DNA of 64,000 bases from Clostridiales bacterium (GCA_015056205.1 SVGS01000016.1:2174-66173); one strand, 5' to 3'. Positions 46,614 to 56,250 are shown, counted from the stretch's first letter. Notes: generated from the sequence alone by a model not told the origin. Made by a program: numbers and translations.

Positions 46614-47891
46614 TTACCGGTTGCTTTCCACCGTAACCCGGATGCCCAGCTCCACCAGTCTGGAAAAGAACTGCCGCTCCAGATCGGATTCCCGGATATT
46701 CCGGATCATGCTGATACAGGTTTTTCCACCATAGCTGACCACCGAGCAGTTGTTCGGGTAGCTCCGCTGGGGGCCGATAATGAAGTCCAGCCGTTCCACA
46801 TAGGGTTCCATTTCCTCCGGCAGGGCGGTGTCCCCCAGATTGGAGATATTGATGCTTCCCCCGGTTTCCCCACTCTGCCGGTAGATCAGCGACATGACCG
46901 CGTTCTTCAGGGCGACCGGAGCGATTCGCAGAATCGGGTTTTTCTGCGGAATCACGTTGGCCGCGATCATTCCGGCCATATTCTGCCGGGTGGCGCCGGC
47001 TTTCAGCTGGTGATCCAGGCTCCGGCAGAGCTCCTCCAGCGTGTATTCCCCGAACCGGGGATCCACGCCGACGTTGAGCGCCAGCGCGAAATTGCGCAGC
47101 GTTTCGCTGTGAAACAGGCGCCGGAGATTGACCGGAACGGTGATTTTGACCGGAAGCCGGCGCCTGAAGGGCCGGTTCATTTCCTGCACCGTGATCAGGC
47201 TTTCCGTCATCACAGCCGAGAGAAAAACAGTTACGGAAACACCGAAGCGGTGCGCGGCGTCCAGCAGCTCCCCGGTTTCCACGATGCCCGCGGTCCAGTC
47301 CTTAAACCCGTCCGGGCTGCGGTGTCCCCGCAGGTGAAAGGACCGCTCCTCCCGGCGCCCGGCGCCCGCTCCGGCGGCGTTTTTCAGGAAGCTGTCCTCC
47401 GTTTCTTCTTTCCGCGGAGGCTCATCCAGGCTTCGGATGATCTCATTCCGGGAAACGCGGAGGCCGTGCCGGAGTTCAAGATACCGGGCCACCAGATTGC
47501 ACAGAAAGATTCTGGCTCCGCTTCCGTCCGTGACCGAATGAAAAAACTCCACCGCGATCCGGTTCCGCCAGCCGATGATCCGAAGGCAGCTTTTCTTTCG
47601 CTCCGCGCGGCTCATAAAGGTCAGCGGATAGGCATATTCCGGACGGAGAATCTCTTCGCGGCTTTCCCCGGGCTTCATTTCCTCCAGATAGTACCAGAAA
47701 AAGCCTTTCCGGAGCGTGACATAAAAGGTCGGAAAGCGGGGGCGCAGATCCTCCGCGGCCTGCCGCAGGATGCCGGGATCCACCGTCTCCCGGAGCGTGG
47801 CGGAAAACCGGAACACATTGCTCCAGTTTCGGCTGGCAATCGCCGGAAAGATCAGCGCCGCGGTATCCAGCCGGTACCATTTCTTCTGCAC
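46614..47891 (-). CDS. Condensation-domain-like acyltransferase (alcohol acetyltransferase / WS-DGAT-like)
   Basis: 425 aa with an HxxxDG active-site motif (HSVTDGSG). Confidence 0.75.
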   Translation of the reverse strand: MQKKWYRLDTAALIFPAIASRNWSNVFRFSATLRETVDPGILRQAAEDLRPRFPTFYVTLRKGFFWYYLEEMKPGESREEILRPEYAYPLTFMSRAERKKSCLRIIGWRNRIAVEFFHSVTDGSGARIFLCNLVARYLELRHGLRVSRNEIIRSLDEPPRKEETEDSFLKNAAGAGAGRREERSFHLRGHRSPDGFKDWTAGIVETGELLDAAHRFGVSVTVFLSAVMTESLITVQEMNRPFRRRLPVKITVPVNLRRLFHSETLRNFALALNVGVDPRFGEYTLEELCRSLDHQLKAGATRQNMAGMIAANVIPQKNPILRIAPVALKNAVMSLIYRQSGETGGSINISNLGDTALPEEMEPYVERLDFIIGPQRSYPNNCSVVSYGGKTCISMIRNIRESDLERQFFSRLVELGIRVTVESNR

Positions 47892-48055
47892 AGACCGTTC
47901 CTCCTTTCATTCATCCGGGATACGGGAACCCCGTCCTTCTTCCGTTCCATTATACACCCGGTCTTCTTCCGGCGAAAGCTCTTCCCAAAGATGCCTTCCT
48001 CCACTTGCAGGCGCTCCCCGGATGATGTACAATATAAAAAAAGGGGGGAATCCTG

Positions 48056-48904
48056 ATGAAGAAGCCCTTGTTTCATTCTGTGCTGACACTGTGCGTCTTC
48101 TGTATTCTGGCTGTCTTTGCCGCCGCCGCGGCGGAGGATTCCCTCCATACCCTTCCCGTCGAGATCATCCGCGTGACCCCGGGGAAGGACGCCGGCTTTG
48201 TGATGAGGAACCGCGGCACGGATGAGATTACCTCCCTCAGCTTCAGGATCCGCGGTACGGACGGGGAAGGAAAGTCCGTTTCCTTTCCCGCGGGAGATGC
48301 GGAAGCCGGCGGGGAAGGCAGCCTGAACGTGGCGCTGTTCAACGCCCCCGTTACCTCGGTTGTTCTCCCGGGGGACATCCGGGACATCCGGATTGAAAAC
48401 GGATATCAGTCCGCCTTCGCCAGCACCCTGGAGATCGCCCTGCAGCAATACACCACGCTGGACGGGAAAACCTACCGGGTTCCCGAATCCCAGCTTTGCT
48501 GGTTTTCCTCCCGGGACGGATACGCGGCGGCCGCGCCCTGTTCCTTCCGGTACGATTATCCGGACGCCTCCGTTTTTCGCAAAAGCTACAGCTTCAGCCT
48601 GGGCGTGAGCATCGAACGGATCTATCCGGAGATGACGGAAGCCCGCCGGGTCAGCAAAGCCGGATATCTGGTTACCGGCATCCGCGGCGGAATTCTGGCC
48701 GGACGGGAGATTCAGGTCGGCGATCTGATCTGGGCGGTCAACGGCATCCCGATTGTGGAGGATCCCTGCGCCATGGAAAAAGCCAAGGCTTCCCTGATCG
48801 ACGGGGCGGAGATGACCCTGTCCCTGCTCCGGGAGGATCAGCCGATGGAGCTCCTGGTCACGCCCGGGGATCTGATTACCTACAAATCATACATCCGGCA
48901 CTGA
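48056..48904 (+). CDS. Secreted protein with a C-terminal PDZ-like domain
   Basis: Signal peptide (MKKPLFHSVLTLCVFCILAVFAAAAAE). The C-terminal segment GYLVTGIRGGILAGREIQVGDLIWAVNGIPI is PDZ-like. Confidence 0.7.
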   Translation: MKKPLFHSVLTLCVFCILAVFAAAAAEDSLHTLPVEIIRVTPGKDAGFVMRNRGTDEITSLSFRIRGTDGEGKSVSFPAGDAEAGGEGSLNVALFNAPVTSVVLPGDIRDIRIENGYQSAFASTLEIALQQYTTLDGKTYRVPESQLCWFSSRDGYAAAAPCSFRYDYPDASVFRKSYSFSLGVSIERIYPEMTEARRVSKAGYLVTGIRGGILAGREIQVGDLIWAVNGIPIVEDPCAMEKAKASLIDGAEMTLSLLREDQPMELLVTPGDLITYKSYIRH

Positions 48905-48930
48905 AATGAGACGCTGAGACGAAAGAAGAA

Positions 48931-48968
48931 GAGACCGGGACGCTTTCTTCCCGGCCTCTGTTTTTTTT
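48931..48968. terminator. Hairpin terminator between convergent genes
   Basis: Stem gagaccggga (48931-48940) pairs with tcccggcctc (48949-58) with one mismatch, then TG and T8. T-rich on the minus side as well. Confidence 0.75.
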
Positions 48969-48973
48969 CCGCA

Positions 48974-49309
48974 TTACAGCAGGGCGGCCAGTTCCGCCCG
49001 CTTTTCCAGCACGGTCTTCAGCAGCGGGGCATAATCCATCTCCTCGCCGGCCCGCAGATGTTCCGTCATCTCGCCCACCGGCTGCGCGATCGGCGTCAGC
49101 GCCAGGGTCGCCATGACGCCCTTCAGGGCATGCGCATCCTCAAAGGCGCCCTTCAGATCATGCTCCGCCAGATGCTTTTCCAGCGCTTCAAAATGGGCGT
49201 CCGCCACGCCCGCCCGCACCATGCGCAGATAGAAGTCCTCCCTGCCCAGGCACCGCCCCAGGCCTTCCTCCGTATTGGCTCCAAAGGCTTTCAGCTGATC
49301 TATCGTCAT
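48974..49309 (-). CDS. Stand-alone Hpt (histidine phosphotransfer) domain protein
   Basis: 111 aa, predicted helical, with the phospho-His motif DAHALKG. Confidence 0.85.
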   Translation of the reverse strand: MTIDQLKAFGANTEEGLGRCLGREDFYLRMVRAGVADAHFEALEKHLAEHDLKGAFEDAHALKGVMATLALTPIAQPVGEMTEHLRAGEEMDYAPLLKTVLEKRAELAALL

Positions 49310-49403
49310 GTTGATTCCTCCGTTCCTTCTCTTCCGCCCGGGTTTCCGGCAGGATTATACCATCTCCGGACGAAGCTGACAAGAATCCGGTCCGCGCTCC
49401 GGA

Positions 49404-50813
49404 TCAGGCTTCTTCCGTTCCGTTCTGATCCGCCGGAATCCGGATTTTCACGGTACAGCCTTCGTCCTTTTTCCCCGTCACGGTCAGGGTTCCCTGGCAC
49501 AGGAGCTCCAGCCGGGTCCGGACATTGGCAATGCCGATATGATCCGGCCCTTCCGGCAGCGTATCGAACCCCACGCCGTTATCCTCGATCCGGATTTCAT
49601 AGGCGTCCCCCACGGTTTCCGAAGTGAGCCGGATGGTTCCGGCGCTTTTCCGCCGCTTGCAGATTCCGTGCTTCACCGCGTTCTCCACCAGGGGCTGCAG
49701 GGTCATCCTCGGCAGCTGAAAGTTCGTTACCTTCAGATCGTATTCCATCCGGATATTGGGAAACCGTTTTTCTTCAATGGAGATATAATGCTTCAGGTGA
49801 TTCAGTTCCTCTTCGAAGCTCGTCAGATTCGGCTTGCTGAGATCGGAAAAATTATCGTGCAGATAATCGCTCAGCTGATAAACCATTTCCTGCGCGGCGG
49901 TCGGATCGGAATCGCACAGGCTGGCCACGGAGCTGAGCGCATTATAAATAAAGTGCGGATTAATCTGGGCCTGAAGCGAGCGCAGCTTGCTTTCCGCCAG
50001 CGCCTGCTCCCGCTGGGCGGTCACCTGCTGCACCCGGACATAGACGTTCGTATAATGAAAAATCACCGCGCTGCACATCGCCAGCGGCAGCAGCGACGGG
50101 CCCCAGTCCCCCGCCATGCGCTGAATGAGCAGGCAGACAAAGGGAACCAGCGGATGAATCATCAGTACCATCTTCGTCCGTATGCTTTCCCGGTTTCGCA
50201 GAATCCGGATCAGGACCAGAACCACCATGACGGAGGGATAGACCACTGAAATCCAGTGCCCCGGTCCCCTGTGGTACAGGCCAGTCTCCGGGTCCACCGT
50301 AAACAGCCACCCGGTGAAGGTACCGGCCAGAATGATCAGCGCATACAGGACCGAAAGCACCTGCATGATCCGTTCCAGTTTCCGCTCCCTCGCGGTATAT
50401 TCATGAATCCAGCTCCTGAGCAGCTGCCAGAAAATCACCGTCATCACCGGCTGCAGAAGCTCATACCCCATTCCGGTCAGGATGATCAGCGGCCTCTGTT
50501 CCCGTATGCCATGCACATGCCAGAACAGGCCGTCGCAGAAAAGATAGAGCGCGCAGCAAAATACCTGGCTGCGGTACTGATTGCTGAACTTTTCCCTGAA
50601 TCCGCTTCGCAGAATACTCAGGTCAATCAGCGTCAGCAGAAAAACCCCGTAGCAGGTCACCGCGATATTGACGTGCTCCGGTTTCGTATTGTCGTGATCG
50701 TACTGCAGGCTGATCAGAAACAGCGTCACAAACGCCGCCACTTCCGGAACAAGGGTCAGGAAGTGCGCCCGTTTCCTCAGCCCTGTCTGGATCCGCATTC
50801 CGCCTTCAGACAT
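49404..50813 (-). CDS. Sensor histidine kinase, LytS/YehU (His_kinase) type
   Basis: Polytopic N-terminus. Motifs QINPHFIYNALSSV, LVENAVKHG, EDNGVGF and HIGIANVRTRL. Alternative starts at 50864 and 50798. Confidence 0.88.
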   Translation of the reverse strand: MSEGGMRIQTGLRKRAHFLTLVPEVAAFVTLFLISLQYDHDNTKPEHVNIAVTCYGVFLLTLIDLSILRSGFREKFSNQYRSQVFCCALYLFCDGLFWHVHGIREQRPLIILTGMGYELLQPVMTVIFWQLLRSWIHEYTARERKLERIMQVLSVLYALIILAGTFTGWLFTVDPETGLYHRGPGHWISVVYPSVMVVLVLIRILRNRESIRTKMVLMIHPLVPFVCLLIQRMAGDWGPSLLPLAMCSAVIFHYTNVYVRVQQVTAQREQALAESKLRSLQAQINPHFIYNALSSVASLCDSDPTAAQEMVYQLSDYLHDNFSDLSKPNLTSFEEELNHLKHYISIEEKRFPNIRMEYDLKVTNFQLPRMTLQPLVENAVKHGICKRRKSAGTIRLTSETVGDAYEIRIEDNGVGFDTLPEGPDHIGIANVRTRLELLCQGTLTVTGKKDEGCTVKIRIPADQNGTEEA

Positions 50814-50847
50814 GTTTTTCTCATCCTTCTGCCGCGTGAGCGGATCC

Positions 50848-51648
50848 TCAGCGCCTGCTGACATACCGTTCTGTCAGCCAGGCACAGGTTGGCTCGCTCC
50901 AGCTGTATTGATCCATGTATTCCCCGAAAAAGCTCCGCCGGGCCCGGGCATCGCCGTCCAGCAGATGATAGTAATCGCAGTCGATTTTCTGCGTGTCCAC
51001 GGCATAGCCCCGGCCGCGGCTGAGCACCGCGTCCGGAAAGCCGGCGTCCTTCAGCGTTTTTTTCAGATCGCTGAACAGATGATACAGATAATCCCGCTTC
51101 CGTTCGTCATCCGTTTCATCCGGCCAGAGAACGGCGCAGAGCGTGTTGACGCTGGTCTCCGCTCCCCGCCGGTCGATCATATACGCCAGCAGCTCCTTTG
51201 TCTTGGTCCGGCGGAAAACCAGCGGGGTTTTATCCGCGTACACCTCAAAGGACCCGAAGGTCACCGCCCGAAGCTTCTTCCGGCGCTCCACCCGGTACTT
51301 GAAATAATCAATTTCCGCCTGCACCTGGGACACCCGGAAGGGTTTAAGCAGATAGCTGACATCCTGATGCATCCGCAGCGCCGGAAGGGCATACCGCTCG
51401 TATCCCGTGCAGAATACCACCGCCAGCCTGGGCCACAGGGCGATCATCTCCCGCGCCAGGTCCAGCCCGTTGATCTCATGCAGCTCAATATCGAGGAAAG
51501 CAATATCCACCCGGTGCCCCCTGCACCAGGCCAGTGCCTCCGCTCCGTCGTCAAAAGCATAAACCGCCTGGATATCCGGCGATTTTTCTACCGCCCTCTT
51601 CAGCGCGTCCAGCTGCAGTTTTTCATCATCCACACATACCGCGATCAT
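50848..51648 (-). CDS. Response regulator: receiver domain plus OmpR/SARP-like winged-helix output
   Basis: REC motifs (VDDE, FLDIEL, LLKP). The C-terminus (FGSFEVYADKTPLVFRRTKTKELLAYMIDRRG...VLW) resembles a SARP/OmpR wHTH. AGGAG lies 7 nt before ATG 51648. Confidence 0.85.
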   Translation of the reverse strand: MIAVCVDDEKLQLDALKRAVEKSPDIQAVYAFDDGAEALAWCRGHRVDIAFLDIELHEINGLDLAREMIALWPRLAVVFCTGYERYALPALRMHQDVSYLLKPFRVSQVQAEIDYFKYRVERRKKLRAVTFGSFEVYADKTPLVFRRTKTKELLAYMIDRRGAETSVNTLCAVLWPDETDDERKRDYLYHLFSDLKKTLKDAGFPDAVLSRGRGYAVDTQKIDCDYYHLLDGDARARRSFFGEYMDQYSWSEPTCAWLTERYVSRR

Positions 51649-51734
51649 ATATCTACTCCTGTCCGGCAACTCATTATCATACACTTTTCCTTATATTTTA
51701 CAATAAGCTGCTGACAATGTTCTGACAATTCGGA

Positions 51735-51783
51735 CACAAAAAAAGACTTCCGGAAGGATTCCCGTGATCCGTTCCGGAAGTCT
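51735..51783 (-). terminator. Rho-independent terminator ending the MacB-type operon
   Basis: An 11-bp stem, agacttccgga (51744-54) with tccggaagtct (51773-83), followed on the minus strand by a T-run (UUUUUUUGU, complement of 51735-43). Confidence 0.8.
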
Positions 51784-51801
51784 CTGTATTTTTTCTGTTT
51801 T

Positions 51802-53049
51802 TTACTCGCTGACGCCGTTTTCGACGGCGGTTTCCGCGGGCTTTTCCCCTTCCGGCGCGGTTCCGCGGTCACCGGGCCTCTGCCGGGTCTTTCCCCCCGT
51901 GCTTTCCTTCTGTTCCGTTTCCGCCGGTTCCTGTGTTTCCTCCGTCCGGTCCGCCTCTCCGGCGGTTTCCGTCTCTGTTTTCTGCTCCGGTTCGGCGGTA
52001 ATTTCCATGCTCATGCCGAAGCTGATGTATTCATCCGGCGTAAAGTCAATATACACCCGGTAGCTGATTTCCTCCGTCCCTTCCTCCGCCAGGGCGGAAA
52101 TCCGGGAAATCGTTCCCGTATACTGCCGGCTTTCATCCGCGGCCAGCTCCAGCTGCACCGTATCCCCGATTTGCAGCTCCTTCAGATCATCCGCGGCGAT
52201 CACCGCCTCCACCCGCATCCCGCTGATGGGATAGATTTTGATCATCGCGCCGCCTTTGGAAACGGTATCCCCCTGCGCCACGGAAACCTCCGCCACGACG
52301 CCGTCCGTTTCCGCGAGAATCCGGGTACCGGTCATCTCATACGCGTCCCAGCTTCCCTCCAGGGTTTCCATCAGAAGATCCCCCTTCCGGACCTGGTCCC
52401 CGTCCTGAACCGCCACGGAAACCACCGCGCCGGCGGCGCTGACCGCCACAGGGCTGACCCGGCTGACGCTTCCGCCGCCGATCCGGGTTTCCGTCGCATA
52501 GGTTCCGTCCCGGTAGATATACACGCTGTCCCCGACGATGAAGCTGCCCTCCGTAACCTGCACTGTATAACTGCTTCCGTCCACCGCGGTGATCACGCCC
52601 ACGCCGGTGCGGGTCTTGGCCTTGCGGCACTGCAGATAGACGGTCTCGCCCACGTGGACCAGCGTGGTCTCAACGGAGCTGTAGGCCTTGCCGGTCGAGG
52701 CGCTGACGGTATAAAGGGTGCTGCCTTCCAGATACATCACCGCACCATAGCTGTTCACCGCTTCTTCCGCGTCATCCCCGGGCCGGACAAAGATGCCCGT
52801 GATCTTTCCGTCCGCCGGAGCATAAACCTTTTCGGTTTTCATTTCCGCCAGGATTTCCCCGGCTTCCACCTTCATGCCCTTCTCGACCTTGACGCTGCCC
52901 ACCTTCCCGCCGATCGGCGCGAAGATCGTCACCGTCTCTCCCGGCTCCACCGTGCCGCTGGCGTTCAGCGTATCCGCCGCCGCGGCTCCGGTCAGCAGGC
53001 ACAGCGCTGACAGCAGCGCCAGCATTTTCTTCCATCCCGGTTTCTTCAT
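51802..53049 (-). CDS. Efflux transporter periplasmic-adaptor-like (HlyD/MacA family) protein, copy 2
   Basis: Signal peptide and barrel-sandwich/beta-barrel-type repeats (for example GGKVGSVKVEKGMKVEAGEILAEM). Acidic low-complexity C-terminal tail. Confidence 0.75.
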   Translation of the reverse strand: MKKPGWKKMLALLSALCLLTGAAAADTLNASGTVEPGETVTIFAPIGGKVGSVKVEKGMKVEAGEILAEMKTEKVYAPADGKITGIFVRPGDDAEEAVNSYGAVMYLEGSTLYTVSASTGKAYSSVETTLVHVGETVYLQCRKAKTRTGVGVITAVDGSSYTVQVTEGSFIVGDSVYIYRDGTYATETRIGGGSVSRVSPVAVSAAGAVVSVAVQDGDQVRKGDLLMETLEGSWDAYEMTGTRILAETDGVVAEVSVAQGDTVSKGGAMIKIYPISGMRVEAVIAADDLKELQIGDTVQLELAADESRQYTGTISRISALAEEGTEEISYRVYIDFTPDEYISFGMSMEITAEPEQKTETETAGEADRTEETQEPAETEQKESTGGKTRQRPGDRGTAPEGEKPAETAVENGVSE

Positions 53050-53148
53050 GATCGTACCCTTCCTTTCTTCGCGCCTCTCCGGCCGCCTTTCGTTTTTGAA
53101 ACTCCTTCCGTTTTCCCTGTCCGTGATTCCCGTATTTTTCTGACCCCG

Positions 53149-54360
53149 TCAGATTGCCCGCAGCGCGTCAATCGGATTCAGCCGGCTGGCTTTCCGGGCC
53201 GGCGCCCATCCGAAAATAATGCCCACCGCGGCCGAAAAGCCGACGCCCAGCAGGACGGCTCCCCCGTTGAAGACGAAGGAGGTTCCCAGCACCTGGCACA
53301 GAATATAGCTGAGGATCAGCCCCATGGCTGCCCCGCAGAGGCCGCCGAAGAGGGAAAGCATGAAGCTTTCCAGCAGGAACTGGCTCTGAATCTGCCAGGG
53401 AATGGCGCCGAGCGCCTTTTTCAGGCCGATTTCCATGGTACGCTCCGTCACCGTGGTCAGCATCATGTTCATAATGCCGATTCCGCCCACCAGCAGCGCG
53501 ATGCTGGCGATGCCGGCCAGCAGGCTGGACATCATGGTGGTCATGGTTTCCATGCGCTCCTCAATGGTTTCCATCGAGGCCACGGTATAGCAGTCCTCCT
53601 CGAAATCGAAGATCACATCCATGGTTTCCTCGATCTGGGACTGGGCGGCCGAGGACTCCGCCCCCTCCTTCAGATAGACGGTAAAGGAGGTCACCTCATT
53701 GCTGTTGTTCACCTTCAGCCCCGTGGTATACGGCATGATCACATCAGGGGAGCCGCTGAAGATGGAGGCGATTCCGCCTCCGCTGTCCTCATCAAAACGC
53801 CCGACGATCGTAAAGGGCAGGCCCGCCACATAGAGGGTTTCCCCGATCGGATTCACGCCCAGGAAGAACGCGTCCACCACATTCTGGCTGATCACGCAGA
53901 CATAGCTGCGGTTGTCATCATCCACGAAGTTCAGGCTCCGGCCCTGGACGATCAGGTCCTCATTGACCTGGAAATAATAGGCGTTCCGTCCCGCGACCGT
54001 GAAGGTCGTCTGCACATTCCGTCCGTAGCTGACCCTTCCCATCAGGGAGACGTTCGGCACGACGCCGTCCACCGTATCCAGCGCGGCGATCCGGCTCAGA
54101 TCCTCCGGCGTCATGCCCGTCTTCAGATCGCTGCCGGTCACATTCACCGTCAGGGTCCCGACCCCCAGGCTGGAAAAGCTGGAGGAAATACTGCCGCTGA
54201 CTCCGCTGACGGTGGTGATCAGCGTAATGACCGCCATCACCCCGATCATGATTCCCAGCAGCGTCAGAAAGGAGCGCACCTTGTTGCCCCGGATATTGTC
54301 CAGCGCCATCCGGATGCTCTCGCCCCACATCACCAGAGCTGAGCGGATTTTCCTACGCAT
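53149..54360 (-). CDS. ABC transporter permease, MacB/FtsX type
   Basis: An N-terminal TM segment, an extracytoplasmic domain of about 220 aa, and three C-terminal TM segments. ATG 54360 overlaps the ATPase stop by 8 nt. Confidence 0.88.
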   Translation of the reverse strand: MRRKIRSALVMWGESIRMALDNIRGNKVRSFLTLLGIMIGVMAVITLITTVSGVSGSISSSFSSLGVGTLTVNVTGSDLKTGMTPEDLSRIAALDTVDGVVPNVSLMGRVSYGRNVQTTFTVAGRNAYYFQVNEDLIVQGRSLNFVDDDNRSYVCVISQNVVDAFFLGVNPIGETLYVAGLPFTIVGRFDEDSGGGIASIFSGSPDVIMPYTTGLKVNNSNEVTSFTVYLKEGAESSAAQSQIEETMDVIFDFEEDCYTVASMETIEERMETMTTMMSSLLAGIASIALLVGGIGIMNMMLTTVTERTMEIGLKKALGAIPWQIQSQFLLESFMLSLFGGLCGAAMGLILSYILCQVLGTSFVFNGGAVLLGVGFSAAVGIIFGWAPARKASRLNPIDALRAI

Positions 54361-55048
54361 CCTGCAGGCCCCCTTCCGTAATCTCCCCGTCGATGATATG
54401 CACCACCCGGCGCGCGTGGCGGGCAATATTCAGATCGTGGGTAATCATGATCACGGTCCGGTGCTCCTGATTCAGTTCCCGAAACAGTTCCATAATCTGC
54501 GCGCCGGTTTTCTGATCCAGGGCACCGGTCGGTTCATCCGCCAGCAGAATGCTGGGATTCCCGATCATCGCCCGCGCGATGGCCACCCGCTGCTGCTGGC
54601 CGCCCGAAAGCTGGCTGGGCAGATGCTCCATCCGGTCGCTGAGCCCGACCCGCTCCAGCATGGCCTCCGCCCGCTTCCGCCTTTCCCGCGGTGAAACGCC
54701 CGCGTAGATCAGGGGAAGCTCCACATTCTTCCGGGCCGTCAGCCGGGGCAGCAGCTGGCTGTTCTGAAAAATGAACCCGATTTCCCGGTTCCGCAGCGCC
54801 GCCAGCTCTTCCTCATCCAGATCCTCCACGGCCCGGCCCCGCAGAATATATTCCCCGGCCGTCGGGGTATCCAGACAGCCGATGATATTCATCAGGGTGC
54901 TTTTTCCGCTTCCGGAAGGGCCCAGAACCGACAGGTAGTCTCCCTCCGCCAGATCCAGGTTGATCTTTTTCAGCACATGGACGCTTTCTCCCGCCAGGAG
55001 ATAGTCCTTGTCAATCCCCCGCATCCGGAAAAAAATTTCACCGTCCAT
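54353..55048 (-). CDS. ABC transporter ATP-binding protein (MacB-type)
   Basis: Walker [10 protein letters not shown], signature [14 protein letters not shown], Walker [12 protein letters not shown]. The start was trimmed to ATG 55048, 1 nt after the upstream stop. Confidence 0.92.
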   Translation of the reverse strand: MDGEIFFRMRGIDKDYLLAGESVHVLKKINLDLAEGDYLSVLGPSGSGKSTLMNIIGCLDTPTAGEYILRGRAVEDLDEEELAALRNREIGFIFQNSQLLPRLTARKNVELPLIYAGVSPRERRKRAEAMLERVGLSDRMEHLPSQLSGGQQQRVAIARAMIGNPSILLADEPTGALDQKTGAQIMELFRELNQEHRTVIMITHDLNIARHARRVVHIIDGEITEGGLQDA

Positions 55049-55049
55049 C

Positions 55050-56210
55050 TCAGTATCCTCTCGATCCGCTGCCACCGCTACCGCCGCTGCTGCCGCCGCT
55101 GCTGCCGCCGGTTCCGTTGCTGTTGCGCTGGCGGGTGCCCCAGTTTCCGTTCTGTCCGCTTCCGGGGCGCATCGCGTTCTGCGGCTGGTTGACCTGCTGG
55201 CTGCCGAACAGGCCGCTGAAGAGGCCGGCCAGGCCGGTCTGGGTTTCCGTCTTTTCCGCCACCTTATAGACGGTTTCGCCCTCGGTGAGGCCGGATTTAA
55301 TCTCCACATAATTGCCGTTGGAGACGCCCACGGTCACCGGGCTTTCGGTCATGGTGCCGTCCGCCGCCTGCTTGTAGACATAGGCGGTATTATCCCGGGC
55401 GGTGCTCAGCGCTTCCATCTTCAGAACGATGACATTGTTCGCCTCCTCCTGGGGCACCGTCACCGTGGCCTGCATGCCCGGATAAACGTTCGCGGCTTCG
55501 CCGGTGTCCACCAGCACCGTGGCCGTATAGTACGCCACGTTATTGCCGGTATAGGTGGAATAATCAATCGCGTCGATGGCGGCGTCAAAGGCCGCGCCCG
55601 CGGAGCTCACCGTGACCCGGCAGGCCTCCCCCACCGATACGGAGGAGATATCGCTCTCTCCGATCCGGACGGAAACCTTCATATGGTCAAAATCCGCCAG
55701 CGTCAGAAGCGCGGCGCCGGAGGATACCTCCTCCCCGGCTTCCACCTCCACCGCGCTGACGGTTCCGTCGAAATCCGCCGTCAGCGTTTCACCCCCGCTC
55801 AGGCGGATCAGCTTTCCGCCTTTGGCCACCTTCTGGCCCACGGAGACATACACTTCCTTCACCTTCTGATCCCCGGAGGCCGTATAGGCCTTGCTGTTGA
55901 TCAGCTGCATCGAGCCGCTGAAATTCAGGCTGTTGGAAATGGATCCCGTCGTCGCGGTATAGGCGTCATAGGTCACCTGATAATCCGCCCGCAGCTTGCT
56001 GTAGCCCAGCCAGGCTCCCGTTCCGAGAAGAGCCAGAAGGACCACCGTCCAGATGATCCGGCGCACCGTCTTTTTCCGGCTTCTTTTCTTTTTCTTCGTC
56101 CCGGCGGCGCTCTCCGCCTTCTGCTGCGGAATTCCCTCCGCACGGATTGTTTCGCTCACGGCTGAAGCCTCCCTTCCGCTTCCGTCTTTCTCATTCACGG
56201 GGTTTATCAT
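55050..56210 (-). CDS. HlyD-family efflux adaptor protein, copy 1
   Basis: N-terminal TM anchor (IIWTVVLLALLGTGAWLGY), a lipoyl-like hairpin domain, and a Gly/Ser-rich C-terminal tail. Confidence 0.8.
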   Translation of the reverse strand: MINPVNEKDGSGREASAVSETIRAEGIPQQKAESAAGTKKKKRSRKKTVRRIIWTVVLLALLGTGAWLGYSKLRADYQVTYDAYTATTGSISNSLNFSGSMQLINSKAYTASGDQKVKEVYVSVGQKVAKGGKLIRLSGGETLTADFDGTVSAVEVEAGEEVSSGAALLTLADFDHMKVSVRIGESDISSVSVGEACRVTVSSAGAAFDAAIDAIDYSTYTGNNVAYYTATVLVDTGEAANVYPGMQATVTVPQEEANNVIVLKMEALSTARDNTAYVYKQAADGTMTESPVTVGVSNGNYVEIKSGLTEGETVYKVAEKTETQTGLAGLFSGLFGSQQVNQPQNAMRPGSGQNGNWGTRQRNSNGTGGSSGGSSGGSGGSGSRGY

Positions 56211-56250
56211 AATCGCCGAAACTTAACTGAACCTTAACTGAGACCGAAAT

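Noticed and set aside
55060-55120. GC-rich triplet-like repeats (gccgccgctgctgccgcc…) as a possible repeat array
   Set aside because: This is in-frame low-complexity coding sequence for the Gly/Ser tail of the HlyD-family protein. It is not a spacer-repeat structure.
54353-55309. Long N-terminal extension (87 aa, Ala/Arg-rich) of the MacB-type ATPase in the track ORF
   Set aside because: The extension overlaps the HlyD-family gene and has no RBS. ATG 55048 gives the canonical ABC N-terminus (…[10 protein letters not shown]…) 1 nt after the upstream stop. Similar over-extensions were trimmed at 7616, 8972, 10886, 25874, 28175, 38111, 54426 and 58846.
56222-56241. Direct repeat cttaactga/ccttaactga upstream of the adaptor gene
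   Set aside because: It is very short, has only two copies, and cannot be assigned a function from sequence alone.
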